Made by a program: the position numbers and the translations under genes. This document shows positions 1 through 12,690 of a stretch of 64,000 nt of DNA, in pieces. The stretch covers positions 129 through 64,128 of the forward strand of contig CALMJB010000032.1 of NCBI GenBank assembly GCA_937864205.1, read 5' to 3'. This stretch comes from an uncultured Actinomycetes bacterium. GTDB taxonomy: Bacteria > Actinomycetota > Actinomycetes > Nanopelagicales > Nanopelagicaceae. The first letter of the stretch is position 1. The number at the start of each line of letters is the position of its first letter. Under the pieces are notes generated by a model. That model worked only from the letters and a program-made list of their open reading frames with translations, was not told the DNA's origin and did no database searches.

Positions 1-103
1 GCGAAGATTACCTAATTAATTCTTTTTCAGGTAATTAATAACCACATCCAGCACAAATTTAAAAGATTATCAAGGTTGATTTCCTATCGGATTATCTGGC
101 ACT

Positions 104-109
104 TAAAAT
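104..109 (+). promoter_or_regulatory. candidate -10 box (TAAAAT) of a leaderless yajQ transcript
   Basis: TANNNT hexamer ends 6 nt before ATG 116 with no SD in between; same geometry at other first-in-unit genes in this window. Confidence 0.35.
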
Positions 110-115
110 CAACTT

Positions 116-604
116 ATGGCTGACTCAAGTTTTGATGTGGTTTCCAAGATAGATCAAATGGAATTAGACAACGCCTTCAATCAAACCGAACGGGAAATCA
201 GCACCAGATTCGACTTTAAAAACACTGGCACCAAACTTTCCAAATCAAATCTCCAAATAACAATTGAATCCGAGACTGAAGAACGTGCAAAAGCTGCTTT
301 GGATGTATTTAAAGAAAAACTGATTAAGCGAAATGTCTCACTTAAACATCTAGAGGCTAAAGATCCAGAATTAAGCGGCAAGATTTACAAAATAAGTTGC
401 AGTTTTTCAGAGGGAATCTCAACAGAAAACGGTAAAAAGATCGCAAAAGTTCTAAAGGATGAAGGACCAAAATCAATCAAAGCTCAGATTCAAGGTGATG
501 CGGTCCGTGTCTCAAGTAAGAGTAAAGATGATTTGCAAAATGCAATCGCACTGATTAAATCAAAAACTTGGGAATTTGCAGTGCAATTCACAAATTATCG
601 ATGA
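116..604 (+). CDS. yajQ: YajQ-family (UPF0234) nucleotide/c-di-GMP-binding protein
   Basis: 162 aa; N-terminus SFDVVSKIDQMELDNAFNQTEREISTRFDFK and overall length typical of YajQ. Confidence 0.85.
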   Translation: MADSSFDVVSKIDQMELDNAFNQTEREISTRFDFKNTGTKLSKSNLQITIESETEERAKAALDVFKEKLIKRNVSLKHLEAKDPELSGKIYKISCSFSEGISTENGKKIAKVLKDEGPKSIKAQIQGDAVRVSSKSKDDLQNAIALIKSKTWEFAVQFTNYR

Positions 605-1485
605 CAAATAATCGATTCGGCTTAGGGCTTTTTTATGGATTTGGTGCTTATGTAATTTGGGGTTTACTGCCTATTTATTGGCGGTGGCTCTCCCGCGCTA
701 GCGCTTTTGAAATTCTGACTCACCGAGCAATTTGGTCGCTGTTTTTTTGTTTTTTGCTTTTAATTTTTCAAAAGCAATTGCGCACCACAATTAAATTACT
801 TACTAATCTCAGAACTCTTTCACTACTAGCACTTACCTCTCTATTACTGACTACGAATTGGTGTATCTACATTTGGTCAGTGAGCGTTGATCGAGTTGTT
901 GAAGCTTCACTTGGCTATTACATAACCCCATTAGTTGCCGTAACTTTTGGTGTTTTTGCATTAAAAGAAAAACTTAGGCAACTGCAAAAAATTTCAGTTA
1001 CCTTGGCAACAATTGGTGTTGCGATACTCACCTTTGCATATGGTCGATTGCCCTGGATTGCATTAGGTCTGGCGGTTAGTTGGGGTTCCTACAGTTTGAT
1101 TAAGAAGAAATTAAACGCCGGCGCGCTAGAGACACTTTCTATCGAAACTTTGGTGGCGTTTTTCCCAAGTTTTATTTACCTCTGGAGTATTGAGACAAAC
1201 GGCACTGCACAATTTGGTCAAGATTTAGGATTTTCTTTCAAATTAATTTCAGCCGGAATCTTCACGGTAATTCCTCTACTTATGTTTAATGCTGCTACTA
1301 CTCGACTACCATTAACAATCACCGGACTACTTCAATATATAACTCCAACAATTATGTTTTTGGTAGGAATTTTTTCGTTCAACGAAACTTTAGCCTTCTC
1401 TAAATTAATCGGTTTTCTTTTTATTTGGGGGGCACTTGCCTTCTTAGGTACCGATTTAATTAAGTCAGCGAGATCTTTCAACTAG
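601..1485 (+). CDS. rarD: RarD/EamA-family (DMT) permease
   Basis: About 10 hydrophobic helices; GLLPIYW motif near N-terminus; start trimmed to ATG 601, which overlaps the yajQ stop as ATGA. Confidence 0.75.
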   Translation: MTNNRFGLGLFYGFGAYVIWGLLPIYWRWLSRASAFEILTHRAIWSLFFCFLLLIFQKQLRTTIKLLTNLRTLSLLALTSLLLTTNWCIYIWSVSVDRVVEASLGYYITPLVAVTFGVFALKEKLRQLQKISVTLATIGVAILTFAYGRLPWIALGLAVSWGSYSLIKKKLNAGALETLSIETLVAFFPSFIYLWSIETNGTAQFGQDLGFSFKLISAGIFTVIPLLMFNAATTRLPLTITGLLQYITPTIMFLVGIFSFNETLAFSKLIGFLFIWGALAFLGTDLIKSARSFN

Positions 1486-2451
1486 CAAAGAAGTCAGCTT
1501 TATTAACGCCTGCCGAGCAGGAATTTCAGGCAATTTCATCAAAATCTCATTTGCTTCCTTTGCTAAATCTTTTAACTGTGCCCGAGCTTGGCTCAAGGCT
1601 GGGTGTTTTCTCAGCGCGGATAAAACATTCGGCAAGTCAGATTCAGCAATTTGTGAAGATAGTTTTTCGATAAGTGATTGATCTTTTGGATCATTTGATT
1701 TCTTCACTAATAATGTAATTAGCGTTGGCACACCTTCTTTAAGGTCAGTTCCCGGAGTTTTACCTGATTCTGTGGTTTCGCTCGCAATATCTAATACATC
1801 GTCGGCTAATTGAAATGCTATGCCAATTTTCTCGCCGTATTGAGTAAGTAATTCGATCTCTCGCTCTTTTGCACCGGCTAACATCGCACCAAACCGAGCG
1901 CTGGTCGCTATTAAAGACGCGGTTTTGTCACTGACGACCTTCAAATAATTTTCAACAGTCAAATCTGGTTTATCTTTATTTTGTGTCTCTGAAATCTGTC
2001 CGATTACCAGTCTCTCAAATGTTTTTGCTTGTAACCTCACCGCTTCTGGTCCTAGGTCTGCTAACAAATCTGATGCCTTTGAAAATAAGTAATCGCCAGT
2101 CAAAATTGCCACAACATTTCCCCAACGATCATTTGCGCTTTGCACGCTTCGTCTTAGTTTTGCCTCGTCCATCACATCATCGTGATAAAGCGTTGCCAAA
2201 TGTGTGAGTTCACAAACCACCGCCGACTCAATTACTCCTTTGGAATCGGGATTGCCAAACTCTGACGCCAATAAAGTTAGTAATGGTCTAAGGCGCTTTC
2301 CGCCAGCTTCAACTAAATGCCGCGAAGTTTCTACCACTAATGGGTAATCACCTTTTATGTGACTTCTTAATAAATCCTCAACTTTTGCAAGCTTGGCAAT
2401 AAGCCTTTGCTCAAGTTGGTCATCTATGTCGGTCAAACCGATCTTTGACAT
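1465..2451 (-). CDS. long-chain polyprenyl diphosphate synthase (menaquinone side chain)
   Basis: Two Asp-rich motifs LYHDDVMDEA and FQLADDVLD; 328 aa; starts 4 nt after nuoN. Confidence 0.85.
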   Translation of the reverse strand: MSKIGLTDIDDQLEQRLIAKLAKVEDLLRSHIKGDYPLVVETSRHLVEAGGKRLRPLLTLLASEFGNPDSKGVIESAVVCELTHLATLYHDDVMDEAKLRRSVQSANDRWGNVVAILTGDYLFSKASDLLADLGPEAVRLQAKTFERLVIGQISETQNKDKPDLTVENYLKVVSDKTASLIATSARFGAMLAGAKEREIELLTQYGEKIGIAFQLADDVLDIASETTESGKTPGTDLKEGVPTLITLLVKKSNDPKDQSLIEKLSSQIAESDLPNVLSALRKHPALSQARAQLKDLAKEANEILMKLPEIPARQALIKLTSLLVERSR

Positions 2452-2455
2452 GGTT

Positions 2456-3970
2456 CTACTTTATGAAAATTGAAAAAGATTGGGTGATATTTAGCAATAG
2501 CGATGGGAACAAGCCCAATATAACCGTTGCTGCAGTTGTTGCGCCTATTGCAATTCGACTCTTAACCGATGGAATGGCAATCGAAATCGAATCATTTTGT
2601 GATTGCGCCACAAACATCAACAGAATTACCCGAATATAGAAAAAGGCAGCCAAAGCGGATGACAAAACTCCAAAAACAACCACCGCGATGTTTCCAGTTT
2701 CATATGCCGCTGAAAATATTGCGAATTTGCCGATGAAACCACTGGTTAGCGGAATTCCCGCAAACGAAAGTAAAAGAAATGCAAAACTTCCAGCGATGAG
2801 CGGACTTTTCTTGCCTAAGCCGGCCCACTTATTTAAATCAGTCACTTCGCCAGTTGCATCTCGAATCAAGGTAATGATTCCAAATGCCGCTAAAGTCGAA
2901 AGCCCATAAGTGGTTAAATAAAATAATGCCGCAGATAACCCAGATTTATTCAAAGCTAAAACTGCAGTCAAAATAAAACCTGCGTGCGCGATAGATGAAT
3001 AAGCCAACATTCGTTTTACATCCCGTTGTGCTATTGCTACCGCAGAACCAAAAACCATGGTGATTATTGCGATCACGGAAATAATTGGTCGCCATTGATT
3101 TGCAATTGGCGAAAATACAACATAAAAAATTCTTAAAATGGCGCCGAATGCTGCAACTTTTGTAGCCGCTGCCATAAACGCTGTGACTGAAGTTGGCGCG
3201 CCTTGATACACATCCGGCGTCCATGCATGAAAAGGCACTGCACTGATTTTGAACAAAAGGCCAACCGAAATAAAAATCAATCCAATCAGCACAAATACAT
3301 CGTTACCGTATCCACCACTAACTGCGCTGGAAATATCAACTAAATAAACCGATCCCGAGATGCCGTACAGGAATGCTGCGCCAAATAAGAAGAATGCAGA
3401 TGAATAAGCCCCCAGTAAGAAATATTTGAGCGCTGCTTCTTGTGAAAGTAAACGTCTTCTTCGAGAAAGCCCGGCTAACAAATAAAGTGGCAATGAGAAA
3501 ACTTCCAGCGCAACAAATAAAGTAATTAAGTCGCTAGCGCAGGTAAACAACATCATTCCAGCTAATGCAAATGAAAGCAGCGGATAAATCTCGGTTTGAA
3601 TCGAGCCCTTGCTTGTTGATTCTTGCTCTTCTCTAGAGCCAGGAATTGCGGAAGCCTGTGCTACGAACTGTTCTTGATCGGAAATCAATAACAGCGCAAG
3701 CAATCCAATAATCAAGATCGTACCTTGCAAATAAATTGTGGCTTTATCAATTACTACCGAACCAATTGCGGCGGAGGTACTGCTACTACTTTTAATTCGA
3801 TAAATCTGTATCAACGCAAGCAAAATTGCACCGACTGATATGAAAAGTTGTATTACTGGCAGATGATTTCGATCCAGAAAAGCCTCAGCTAAGACTCCTA
3901 TGACTGCTGCTGCCAAGATAATTAGCATCGGCGACAGTAATAAGTACTCAAAACTTGGTGTGGTTAACAT
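2456..3970 (-). CDS. nuoN: NADH-quinone oxidoreductase subunit N
   Basis: Polytopic antiporter-like protein; FHAWTPDVYQGAPT motif; last position of the nuo array. Confidence 0.9.
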   Translation of the reverse strand: MLTTPSFEYLLLSPMLIILAAAVIGVLAEAFLDRNHLPVIQLFISVGAILLALIQIYRIKSSSSTSAAIGSVVIDKATIYLQGTILIIGLLALLLISDQEQFVAQASAIPGSREEQESTSKGSIQTEIYPLLSFALAGMMLFTCASDLITLFVALEVFSLPLYLLAGLSRRRRLLSQEAALKYFLLGAYSSAFFLFGAAFLYGISGSVYLVDISSAVSGGYGNDVFVLIGLIFISVGLLFKISAVPFHAWTPDVYQGAPTSVTAFMAAATKVAAFGAILRIFYVVFSPIANQWRPIISVIAIITMVFGSAVAIAQRDVKRMLAYSSIAHAGFILTAVLALNKSGLSAALFYLTTYGLSTLAAFGIITLIRDATGEVTDLNKWAGLGKKSPLIAGSFAFLLLSFAGIPLTSGFIGKFAIFSAAYETGNIAVVVFGVLSSALAAFFYIRVILLMFVAQSQNDSISIAIPSVKSRIAIGATTAATVILGLFPSLLLNITQSFSIFIK

Positions 3971-3991
3971 AATTGATTCACTGTTTCTTTT

Positions 3992-5497
3992 CTATTTCTT
4001 TACTTTGCTTACTGGATCTGAAAATCCATTGCTGGTGATAACCGTTTTTGCAGCGGGATTGATTAAATCTAAAATCGGTTTAGGAAAGAGACCCAACAGA
4101 ATTATCAGTAATATAACTGGTGCAATTGCAACTCGTTCTCTAATATCTAAATCGGATAAATTCTCATTTGATTTCAGAGTCTGTCCATGTAACGCCCTTT
4201 GAACCGGAATTAATATGTACAACGCCGCCAAGATAATTCCGATTGTTCCAATTACCGCAGCAACCGGGTAGCGAGTAAATGTCCCAACCAAAACTAAAAA
4301 CTCACTTACAAAACTGGCAAGTCCAGGCAGAGCCAATGAACTTAAACCGGCAATAAAAAAACTCCACGCCATCACCGGAGTAACCCTCTGTAATCCACCA
4401 AAATCTGCGATATTTGCCGATTTACGTCGGGCAATCATCCAGCCTGCAATTAGAAATAAAGCTGCGGTCGAAAATGCGTGATTGAACATATAAAGATTTG
4501 CACCAGACATTCCTTGAGTTGTCATAGCAAAAATTCCCATCGTGATAAATCCAAAATGAGAAATCGAAGTGAATGCAATTAAACCGCGAATATCCTTTTG
4601 CCCGATCGCAACTATGGCACCATAAATTATTGAAACTAATGCCAGTCCGATAATCCAGGGTGTGAAATAACGACTCGCTTCCGGAAATAGTTTTAGACAA
4701 AACTTGATCATTCCGTAAGTTCCAACTTTGTCTAACACTCCAACTAATAAAACTGAGGTGCCCGTAGTTGCGCTACGAGCTGCATCTGGTAACCATGTAT
4801 GAAACGGCCACAGCGGAGCCTTGATGGCAAAGGCTAAAAAGAATCCTAAGAACAAAAGATTTTGTGTAGTTTGATCAATCTGTAAAGTTGAAAGTTTTTC
4901 AATGTCAAAAGTTTTTCCAATTTGATTTCCGGCGATCACATAAGTACCAATAATCGCCGCTAACATCAATAACCCGCCAAACAGGCTATACAGCAGGAAT
5001 TTAACCGCTGCCGCAGCACGTTCGCCAGAACCATAACCAGCAATGAGGAAATAAACTGGAATCAACATTGCTTCAAAGAAGACATAAAACAAGAACAAAT
5101 CTGTTGCCGCAAAGACTCCGATCATAAAAACTTCCAAGATTAAAACCAATATTTGAAAAGTTCGTACGCTCCATCTGCCGTTTTCGGATTCATTCCAAGT
5201 AGCAAGCAAAACAATCGGCACCAATAAAACCGACATCAAAATAAGTACCGCTGAGATACCGTCGACACCGACCGAATAATTAATACCAAAAGTGGGAATC
5301 CAATTTCTGATTTCCACAAACTGCATTCCGGATTGAGTTTTATCTAAACTGCCAACTAAATAAATTCCGATTAGAGCTACTAAAATCGAAATAGCTAATG
5401 AAATTTGCTTGACCAATACAGTTTTTGCAGTTGGTATGAAAAAGAGCATTCCTGCGCCAATCACGCAGATCAACATCATTACGGTCAATATGCTCAT
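3992..5497 (-). CDS. nuoM: NADH-quinone oxidoreductase subunit M
   Basis: Antiporter-like; PFHTWLPDA motif; start trimmed to ATG 5497 (MSILTV), which overlaps the nuoL stop as ATGA. Confidence 0.9.
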   Translation of the reverse strand: MSILTVMMLICVIGAGMLFFIPTAKTVLVKQISLAISILVALIGIYLVGSLDKTQSGMQFVEIRNWIPTFGINYSVGVDGISAVLILMSVLLVPIVLLATWNESENGRWSVRTFQILVLILEVFMIGVFAATDLFLFYVFFEAMLIPVYFLIAGYGSGERAAAAVKFLLYSLFGGLLMLAAIIGTYVIAGNQIGKTFDIEKLSTLQIDQTTQNLLFLGFFLAFAIKAPLWPFHTWLPDAARSATTGTSVLLVGVLDKVGTYGMIKFCLKLFPEASRYFTPWIIGLALVSIIYGAIVAIGQKDIRGLIAFTSISHFGFITMGIFAMTTQGMSGANLYMFNHAFSTAALFLIAGWMIARRKSANIADFGGLQRVTPVMAWSFFIAGLSSLALPGLASFVSEFLVLVGTFTRYPVAAVIGTIGIILAALYILIPVQRALHGQTLKSNENLSDLDIRERVAIAPVILLIILLGLFPKPILDLINPAAKTVITSNGFSDPVSKVKK

Positions 5498-7389
5498 AAA
5501 GTCACCAACCAAATCGTGAAAATCAGAGCGGTCACACCCAGAATCATGAGCAATGCGTAACTGCGTACATAACCAGTTTGTAACTTTCGTAATGTCTGAC
5601 CAGCATCTAGAGAGAGTGCTCCGACCAAGCGAACCAAGCCATCAATCACTATGTAATCGAAATTGAGAAGTGTCTTGACCAAACTTTGTCCAGGTTTTAC
5701 CAAAACCGCATTATTAAATTCATCCTGAAGTAAATCTTTTCGAGCAAACTTGGTAAATACTGAAACATTATCGGGGGCAATATTTGGCACTTGCTTCAAG
5801 TATTTAATTGCAGCGAATGCAACGCCAATTAAGACAGCGGTGATTGCTGCTATAGAAATACTTGTTGCCGAGTAGTGCTCAACTAAATGTTGTTCGCCAG
5901 CAGGATTTACTACTGGTCGCAACCAATTAACCAGCGACTCACCCCGAGTGAATAAAAATCCGGTGCAGATCGAACCTAATGCTAAAACCACCATTGGCGC
6001 TGCCATTAAAAATGGTGCTTCGTGAGGTTCATCGGCGCGATTAGTCCAACGCTCGTTTCCAAAAAAAGTCATCAGCATTACCCGAGACATATAGAAAGCT
6101 GTTATCGCAGCACCAATCAATGCCAACGAACCAAAAATCAATCCCGCACTGCCCTCATGATTTAGGGCGGTTTCAATAATTTTGTCTTTGGAATAAAAAC
6201 CGGCAAATGGTGGAACTCCGATAATTGCTAAGTAACCAAGTCCAAAAGTTACAAAAGTGAGCGGCATGAATTTTCCAATTCCACCGTACTTGCGCATATT
6301 CACTTCATCATGCATTCCATGCATGACCGAACCCGCGCCTAAAAACATACCGGCTTTGAAAAAACCATGAGTTAACAAATGCATGATTGCAAATGCATAA
6401 CCAACCGGACCTAAACCAGTTGCCAAAATCATGTAACCAATCTGCGACATTGTTGAAGCGGCTAACGCTTTCTTTATGTCATCTTTTGCCATACCGACGA
6501 TTGCACCAAATAACAAAGTGATTGCACCGATTATCATCACCATCATTTGAGCGGTCGGCGCAACATCAAAAATAAAGTTTGACCTGGCAATTAAATAAAC
6601 TCCGGCGGTAACCATTGTGGCTGCGTGAATCAACGCCGATACTGGCGTTGGACCCGCCATCGCATCACCCAACCATGATTGCAATGGAAATTGGGCAGAT
6701 TTTCCGCAGGCAGCTAAAAGCAACATTAATCCAATAGCAGTTAATGCAGACCTTGAAGCAGATTCAGCATGATTTGCAACTCCTGAAAAAGTAACCGTTC
6801 CAAAATTTGCAAACATCAACATCACCGCGATTGATAAGCCAAAATCTCCGATTCGATTGGCAACAAAGGCTTTTTTCGCCGCGGTTGCATACTCGGGTTT
6901 TTGATTCCAGAATCCAATTAATAAATAGGAAGCAAGTCCAACGCCTTCCCAGCCAACATAAAGATTCAAGTATGAATCCCCCAGCACAAGTAGAAGCATT
7001 GCTGCAATAAATAAATTTAAATAAGCAAAGAATCGTCTGCGATCTCGATCATGTGACATATATGCGATTGAATAAATATGAATTAGTGTTCCAACTCCGG
7101 TAATCAAAAGTACAAAACAAATTGATAGTTGATCTAGTAACAAAGTCGCATCAACTTTGAAGTCACCAACTGATATCCACTCAAAAAGTTTTTGGGTGAC
7201 GGCTCGCTGTGTTACATCTCGAGATTTCATGGCAAAAAACTCGACGACAGCTATCACAAAAGAACATGCTGAAGCCAAAGTTCCGATTAAATGACCGTAT
7301 CGATCAATTTTGCGCCCTAACAACAGCAAGATTGCTGAAGATAAGAGCGGAATTAAAATTAAATACAAAAGATTGTTAGAAGTGTTCAT
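5494..7389 (-). CDS. nuoL: NADH-quinone oxidoreductase subunit L
   Basis: 631 aa; [15 protein letters not shown] motif; long C-terminal amphipathic extension region. Confidence 0.92.
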   Translation of the reverse strand: MNTSNNLLYLILIPLLSSAILLLLGRKIDRYGHLIGTLASACSFVIAVVEFFAMKSRDVTQRAVTQKLFEWISVGDFKVDATLLLDQLSICFVLLITGVGTLIHIYSIAYMSHDRDRRRFFAYLNLFIAAMLLLVLGDSYLNLYVGWEGVGLASYLLIGFWNQKPEYATAAKKAFVANRIGDFGLSIAVMLMFANFGTVTFSGVANHAESASRSALTAIGLMLLLAACGKSAQFPLQSWLGDAMAGPTPVSALIHAATMVTAGVYLIARSNFIFDVAPTAQMMVMIIGAITLLFGAIVGMAKDDIKKALAASTMSQIGYMILATGLGPVGYAFAIMHLLTHGFFKAGMFLGAGSVMHGMHDEVNMRKYGGIGKFMPLTFVTFGLGYLAIIGVPPFAGFYSKDKIIETALNHEGSAGLIFGSLALIGAAITAFYMSRVMLMTFFGNERWTNRADEPHEAPFLMAAPMVVLALGSICTGFLFTRGESLVNWLRPVVNPAGEQHLVEHYSATSISIAAITAVLIGVAFAAIKYLKQVPNIAPDNVSVFTKFARKDLLQDEFNNAVLVKPGQSLVKTLLNFDYIVIDGLVRLVGALSLDAGQTLRKLQTGYVRSYALLMILGVTALIFTIWLVTL

Positions 7390-7685
7390 CGATTTAATAA
7401 ACTCGCATCATCAACTGAAGCAGATCTACGTGATCTGAAAATCGTCACAATAATTGCCAACCCCACTACTACCTCACAAGCAGCAACCACCATGGTGAAA
7501 AAAGCAACCACTTGGCCGTCTAGATTTCCGTTAATCCGAGAAAAAGTTACAAATGCAAGATTTGCCGCATTTAACATCAACTCAATGCACATAAAAACCA
7601 CGATGGAATTTCGCCGAAGTACAACTCCGATTGAGCCAATAGTGAATAACAGCGCAGAAAGATATAAATAGTTAGCGATATTCAC
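7386..7685 (-). CDS. nuoK: NADH-quinone oxidoreductase subunit K
   Basis: 99 aa, three TM helices, conserved Glu in [11 protein letters not shown]; operon position. Confidence 0.9.
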   Translation of the reverse strand: MNIANYLYLSALLFTIGSIGVVLRRNSIVVFMCIELMLNAANLAFVTFSRINGNLDGQVVAFFTMVVAACEVVVGLAIIVTIFRSRRSASVDDASLLNR

Positions 7686-8470
7686 TTATCGCTCGATTCA
7701 TCTTCACTTTGCTGCAACTCAAACTGTTTACTTTCTAAAACATCGCCGCGCGCCTCTAAAACTCTAGAAATTGAAGTTGCAGCAGCGCTGCCATCTGGCA
7801 ATCGAGCCGGGACATCAACCGCATTATGTAATGCATAAACACCAGGACCAGGTAAGCCCGCTGCCTCTGCAAGTTTCTTTCCCCGAAATCTGGCAGCTGA
7901 AAGATCACGTTGTGAAAACTTAGATCTGACTTTGTTCGAGTGAGCCAGCACCATTGCACCTAAAGCAGCAGTTATCAAAAGTGCAGAAATTACCTCAAAA
8001 GCCCAAACATATTTAGTGAATAACAATTGCGCTAACCCTTGTACATTCCCATTTTGGTTTGCAATTGATAATCCGTAAGCATTGTGGCTGATTGTTGCCC
8101 GACCAATCAATGAAACTAACAATCCGCCAATCCCGATTGCCGCGGTCACTGCAATAGGACGTAGATACTTAATATTTTCTAATAATGAGTCAGCGCTATC
8201 TACGCCAACTAACATCAAAATAAATAAAAACAACATCATCACCGCACCGGTGTAAACCACGATTTGCACTATTCCAAGAAATAACGCCTCTTGCGCGATA
8301 TAGAAAATAGCCAGTGAAATCATTACCCACGCCAATAACAATGCCGAGTGAACTGCTTTCTTAACTAGCAACATTCCAATTGCAGCCAAGACCGATAACG
8401 GCGCTAATACCCAAAACAAAATCGCTTCAGGTGACTTTGTCATTCCTACTTCTAACGCAGTTCTAATCAT
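7682..8470 (-). CDS. nuoJ: NADH-quinone oxidoreductase subunit J
   Basis: Five TM helices plus the hydrophilic C-terminal tail usual in actinobacterial NuoJ; operon position; start could be the internal ATG at 8443. Confidence 0.85.
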   Translation of the reverse strand: MIRTALEVGMTKSPEAILFWVLAPLSVLAAIGMLLVKKAVHSALLLAWVMISLAIFYIAQEALFLGIVQIVVYTGAVMMLFLFILMLVGVDSADSLLENIKYLRPIAVTAAIGIGGLLVSLIGRATISHNAYGLSIANQNGNVQGLAQLLFTKYVWAFEVISALLITAALGAMVLAHSNKVRSKFSQRDLSAARFRGKKLAEAAGLPGPGVYALHNAVDVPARLPDGSAAATSISRVLEARGDVLESKQFELQQSEDESSDK

Positions 8471-9110
8471 TATTTACAGTTCCTTGAGATGGATGTGCAC
8501 TTGTAACTTCACCCCGGTAATAATTTTCATCAGTGGTATTTGGATACATTGGATGTGGTGGTTTGACCATTCCGTTACGAAGTGGTGCAAGCAAATCTTC
8601 CTTCTCAAAAATTAATTTGCCGCGTTGATCATCGGCTAATTCATATTCATTTGTCATTGTTAATGCTCGAGTTGGACAAGCTTCAATACACAAACCGCAA
8701 AAGATGCAACGTAGATAATTAATTTGATAAACCTTGCCGTAACGTTCGCCCGGCGAGTAATTCTCATTTGGTTTGTTATCAGCACCTTCAACATAAATCG
8801 CATCGGCCGGACAAGCCCAAGCACATAACTCGCAACCAATACATTTTTCTAATCCATCTGGATGTCGGTTCAACTGATGACGGCCGTGAAATCTTGGAGC
8901 GGTTGGTTCTTTCACCTCTGGATATTGAACTGTGTTTACCTTTTTAAACATGCTTTTAAAGGTGACCCAAAAACCTAACAGCTGTTTTAATAATGGAGCC
9001 GGAGCTTGATCTGCTATGAATTTTGAATCTTGCTCAGCTTTACTTAAACCAAACTCATCATTTCTAGGAATCAAATTATTTGAGTCGTGATCTTCAAAAT
9101 TCTTTGTCAC
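8463..9110 (-). CDS. nuoI: NADH-quinone oxidoreductase subunit I
   Basis: Two 4Fe-4S ferredoxin motifs, [12 protein letters not shown] and [12 protein letters not shown]. Confidence 0.92.
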   Translation of the reverse strand: MTKNFEDHDSNNLIPRNDEFGLSKAEQDSKFIADQAPAPLLKQLLGFWVTFKSMFKKVNTVQYPEVKEPTAPRFHGRHQLNRHPDGLEKCIGCELCAWACPADAIYVEGADNKPNENYSPGERYGKVYQINYLRCIFCGLCIEACPTRALTMTNEYELADDQRGKLIFEKEDLLAPLRNGMVKPPHPMYPNTTDENYYRGEVTSAHPSQGTVNND

Positions 9111-10360
9111 TTCTTTGCCTCATCTCTAATTTGAATTACCTGTTCGGTGCGGTTTGAGATTGGTATAGGGAATTCTGGATTTTCCGGGGTAAAATTCTTG
9201 TAATCAGTGGCAAGTTTTGCCTTAGCGTTATCGGAATAATTTGAAATCACCAAGTAAATCAACACAACTGCAAAAGCAAATCCAAAAATCAAATATTGCG
9301 GCGCACCTTGATCTGACATAACTCTTAAAGTCGACACAATAAGAATCCACGCCAATGAGACTGGGATAAGAGTCTTCCAACCAAATTGCATAAATTGGTC
9401 ATATCGCAATCTTGGTAAAGTTCCGCGCAGCCACACAAAAACGAAGAAAAAGATTAAAACTTTGGCGAAGAACCAAAATAAAGTGAACCAACCACCCAGC
9501 CAGGTTTCGGTAAAACCCAGACCAGGAAATGCCCGGTAACCACCTAAAAACAAAGTTGTTGCAAGTGAACTAACCGCCAAAATATTTATGTATTCCGCTA
9601 AAAAGAACAGTGCAAATTTCAACGACGAGTATTCGGTATGGAATCCACCTACTAATTCACCTTCGGCTTCAGCCAAATCAAATGGCGCACGATTTGTTTC
9701 GCCCACCATTGAGATGCAATAAATTGCAAAAGATGGGAACAAAATCACCGCATACCACCATCGATCTTGCGCCACCACAATATCTGAAGTCGACATCGAG
9801 CCGGCGTAAATAAAAACCGCTACCAACGAAAGTGCCATCGCGACCTCATATGAAATAACTTGTGCTGAAGAGCGCAATCCGCCAAGTAATGGATATGTCG
9901 AACCAGAAGACCAACCCGCTAACACAATTCCATAAACTCCAACTGAGGCAATTGCAAGTACATAAAGAACGCCAACCGGTAGATCTGTCAGTTGCATAAC
10001 GGTTTTATGTCCAAAAAAACTTACTTCGCCCGTTAATGGAATCACTGCAAATGCCATAAAACATGTAGTGGCAGAGATTATTGGCGCAATTATGAAAACA
10101 ATTTTGTCAGCAGTTTTTGGAATTAAATCTTCTTTTAGTGCAAGTTTTACGCCATCGGCTAAACCTTGAATGATTCCGAAAATTCCAACTCGATTTGGCC
10201 CGAGCCGCATTTGCATTCTTGCAACGATCCGGCGCTCACCCCAAACCGCCATAATTGTTAGGACTACACAAAAAATGAAAATTAGTAATCCTTTTAGCGC
10301 AATTACCCAACCTGGATCTTGTCCTAATAACTGCGCGACCATTCCTTTTGAGTTAATCAT
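9107..10360 (-). CDS. nuoH: NADH-quinone oxidoreductase subunit H
   Basis: [17 protein letters not shown] and [14 protein letters not shown] motifs. Confidence 0.92.
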   Translation of the reverse strand: MINSKGMVAQLLGQDPGWVIALKGLLIFIFCVVLTIMAVWGERRIVARMQMRLGPNRVGIFGIIQGLADGVKLALKEDLIPKTADKIVFIIAPIISATTCFMAFAVIPLTGEVSFFGHKTVMQLTDLPVGVLYVLAIASVGVYGIVLAGWSSGSTYPLLGGLRSSAQVISYEVAMALSLVAVFIYAGSMSTSDIVVAQDRWWYAVILFPSFAIYCISMVGETNRAPFDLAEAEGELVGGFHTEYSSLKFALFFLAEYINILAVSSLATTLFLGGYRAFPGLGFTETWLGGWFTLFWFFAKVLIFFFVFVWLRGTLPRLRYDQFMQFGWKTLIPVSLAWILIVSTLRVMSDQGAPQYLIFGFAFAVVLIYLVISNYSDNAKAKLATDYKNFTPENPEFPIPISNRTEQVIQIRDEAKK

Positions 10361-12690
10361 GCTTTACTCACTGAAACTTTTATGCCACTTGGTTTTGAAA
10401 ATTTTGAAACCAGTTGAGCGCCAGTTGAATTTCTTGGTACCCACACAATATTTTCTTCAGTTTCAACAATCTTCAGTGGCGCAGAGATTGAAACTGAATC
10501 GGCTGAAATTTTTACTAATTCTCCCTCAACTAGATTTAATTTCTCAGCTTTAGTTCTATTTAATCCAATAATCGTTTTGCGCGCCGTACCGGCAAGATTA
10601 TCTTCACCTTCTTGCAGTGAACCTCTATCAAGTAATAGTCGCCATGAATTCAAAATTGCTTCAGTTGGACCTAAATTTAAATTTTCTGTATTGGTGCCGC
10701 TAACGTGCCAATTTGAAGTCGATTTTTCCCACTTATCAAATTGCGCTATTTCGTTGGCGGCAGCTTTCACAGTTGGTAAATTGATTGGGCGTTTCATTTC
10801 ATCAGCCAACATCGAAAGAATTCGCACATCAGATCGATTTAACGATTCAACTGCGCTTTCAAAACTTCTTGGTTTACCTTGCCAATCTAAGAATGTGCCA
10901 TTTTTCTCAACCACGCTGGCAACCGGCAAGATCACATGCGCTACTTCGGTGGATGTACCAAATCGAATATCCATTGCAATTATTTTTTTATTACTTAATT
11001 GAGATTTTGCTGAACTTGAAATGTCGTTTGCATCAACGCCGCCCAGTAAAATCACATCTGAATCTTTCAAAATTTCATCGGTAGATTTACCAGTTTTTGT
11101 TGGAAGTTGATTTATTCCCCAAACAGTTTGTACATCTACCCGTGCTTTTGCATCTTGTACTGGGCGTAATCCCGGCAATAAATTGCCAATTGCACCAGCC
11201 GTTAACGCCGCTACTTCGCCGGCTCTGCGTGGTATCCAACCAAGTTTTGCACCTTTACTTGTGGCAAGTTGCTCGACGGAACTTAGTAATCCCTCGGTCT
11301 CTAGTGCTCGCTCGCCAATTAAAATCACAGATCGATTTGTTAAGCCATCAACTTTTTCAATTGCTTTCAATTCAAAGCCAGCACTTGCAGAAATGAAATT
11401 TGCCTTTAGTTTTTCAGTACCCCTGCTTTTAATTGGCGAAATAACAGTGACGGCAAGTTTGCGTTTTGTAACAGCCTTTAAAATCCTTAAGAAAACAATC
11501 GGAGATTCATCTTCTGGTTCAAAAGAAATCAAAACCACGTGGTCAGCATCATCAATATCTTTATAGGTGGCGTTAGGTCTGGCATTTGCTAAAAATTCTC
11601 GTTCCTCATTTGAATTTAATCTGGCTCTAAAATCAATGTCATTGGTTTGCAATGCAATTCGAGCGAATTTGCTGTAGCCATATGCATCTTCAAGTGTGGC
11701 TCTACCACCCATAAGCACTGCAGCAGATTTTGCATTCAACAATAATTTTGCAGCTTCAGATAGAGCTTCAGGCCATGACGCCTCTCGCAGAACTCCGGAT
11801 TCATCTCTTATATATGGAGTTGTGATTCGATTTCGCGCTGATTCATATTTAAAAGCCCAACGACCTTTGTCGCAGTTCCACTCTTCGTTAACAGTTGGAT
11901 CATCTCCGGCTAACCTGCGTAAAGTTTTGCCACGTCTGACATCGGTGCGCATTGCACAACCAGATGCGCAGTGCTCACATGCAGATGGATTTGAAACTAA
12001 ATCAAATGGTCTGGCCCGAAATCTATATGTAGCACCAGTCAATGCACCGACCGGACAAATTTGCACAGTGTTGCCAGAATAATAAGAATCAAATGGTTCT
12101 TTCTCATAAATACCAACTTGTTGAAGTGCACCACGTTCATTCAAAGTAATAAAAGGATCACCGGCAATTTGTTCAGAGAATCTGGTGCATCTAGCGCAAA
12201 GCACACAACGCTCTCGGTCTAATAGAACTTGAGATGAAATTGCTACCGGTTTTTCAAAAGTCCGTTTAACGCCTTCATATCGAGATTGGCCATTGCCGTT
12301 ACTCATTGCTTGATTTTGTAATGGGCATTCCCCGCCCTTGTCACAAACTGGACAATCCAATGGATGGTTTATTAGCAACAATTCCATTATTCCTTTTTGC
12401 GCTTTATCTGCAACGGTTGAAGTTAATTGCGTCTTAACCTCCATGCCATTTTCAACTGGAATAGTGCAAGATGCTTGTGGTTTAGGAAAAGCCCGACCAT
12501 TGATCGAGATATCAACTAAACACTGGCGACATGCTCCGGCAGGTGCCAACAAAGGATGATCACAAAAACGTGGAATTTGAATTCCTAATTTTTCAGCCGC
12601 ACGAATAACTAATGTTCCTTTTGGAACCGTGACTTCAAAACCATCAATCTTTAACGTCACATCTGTTGTAGTTGTTAGTTGATCGCTCAT
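10357..12690 (-). CDS. nuoG: NADH-quinone oxidoreductase subunit G
   Basis: N-terminal 2Fe-2S ([15 protein letters not shown]) and 4Fe-4S ([17 protein letters not shown]) motifs; molybdopterin-like body; 777 aa. Confidence 0.92.
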   Translation of the reverse strand: MSDQLTTTTDVTLKIDGFEVTVPKGTLVIRAAEKLGIQIPRFCDHPLLAPAGACRQCLVDISINGRAFPKPQASCTIPVENGMEVKTQLTSTVADKAQKGIMELLLINHPLDCPVCDKGGECPLQNQAMSNGNGQSRYEGVKRTFEKPVAISSQVLLDRERCVLCARCTRFSEQIAGDPFITLNERGALQQVGIYEKEPFDSYYSGNTVQICPVGALTGATYRFRARPFDLVSNPSACEHCASGCAMRTDVRRGKTLRRLAGDDPTVNEEWNCDKGRWAFKYESARNRITTPYIRDESGVLREASWPEALSEAAKLLLNAKSAAVLMGGRATLEDAYGYSKFARIALQTNDIDFRARLNSNEEREFLANARPNATYKDIDDADHVVLISFEPEDESPIVFLRILKAVTKRKLAVTVISPIKSRGTEKLKANFISASAGFELKAIEKVDGLTNRSVILIGERALETEGLLSSVEQLATSKGAKLGWIPRRAGEVAALTAGAIGNLLPGLRPVQDAKARVDVQTVWGINQLPTKTGKSTDEILKDSDVILLGGVDANDISSSAKSQLSNKKIIAMDIRFGTSTEVAHVILPVASVVEKNGTFLDWQGKPRSFESAVESLNRSDVRILSMLADEMKRPINLPTVKAAANEIAQFDKWEKSTSNWHVSGTNTENLNLGPTEAILNSWRLLLDRGSLQEGEDNLAGTARKTIIGLNRTKAEKLNLVEGELVKISADSVSISAPLKIVETEENIVWVPRNSTGAQLVSKFSKPSGIKVSVSKA

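Noticed and set aside
9-41. Inverted repeat ATTACCT-n16-AGGTAAT at the left edge of the window
   Set aside because: The stem is short (7 bp), the loop is large, and the upstream gene context is unknown because it lies at the window edge. It cannot be interpreted.
10577-12082. A series of 99-141-aa plus-strand ORFs (10577..11002, 10785..11084, 11097..11396, 11183..11566, 11696..12082) opposite nuoG, with similar antisense or alternate-frame ORFs inside nuoN, nuoM, nuoF, nuoD, clpC, lysS and ftsH
   Set aside because: They lie antisense to, or out of frame with, genes carrying unambiguous catalytic motifs. They have low-complexity S/L/P/R-rich translations with no motifs and no SD or promoter context. 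These are typical shadow ORFs.
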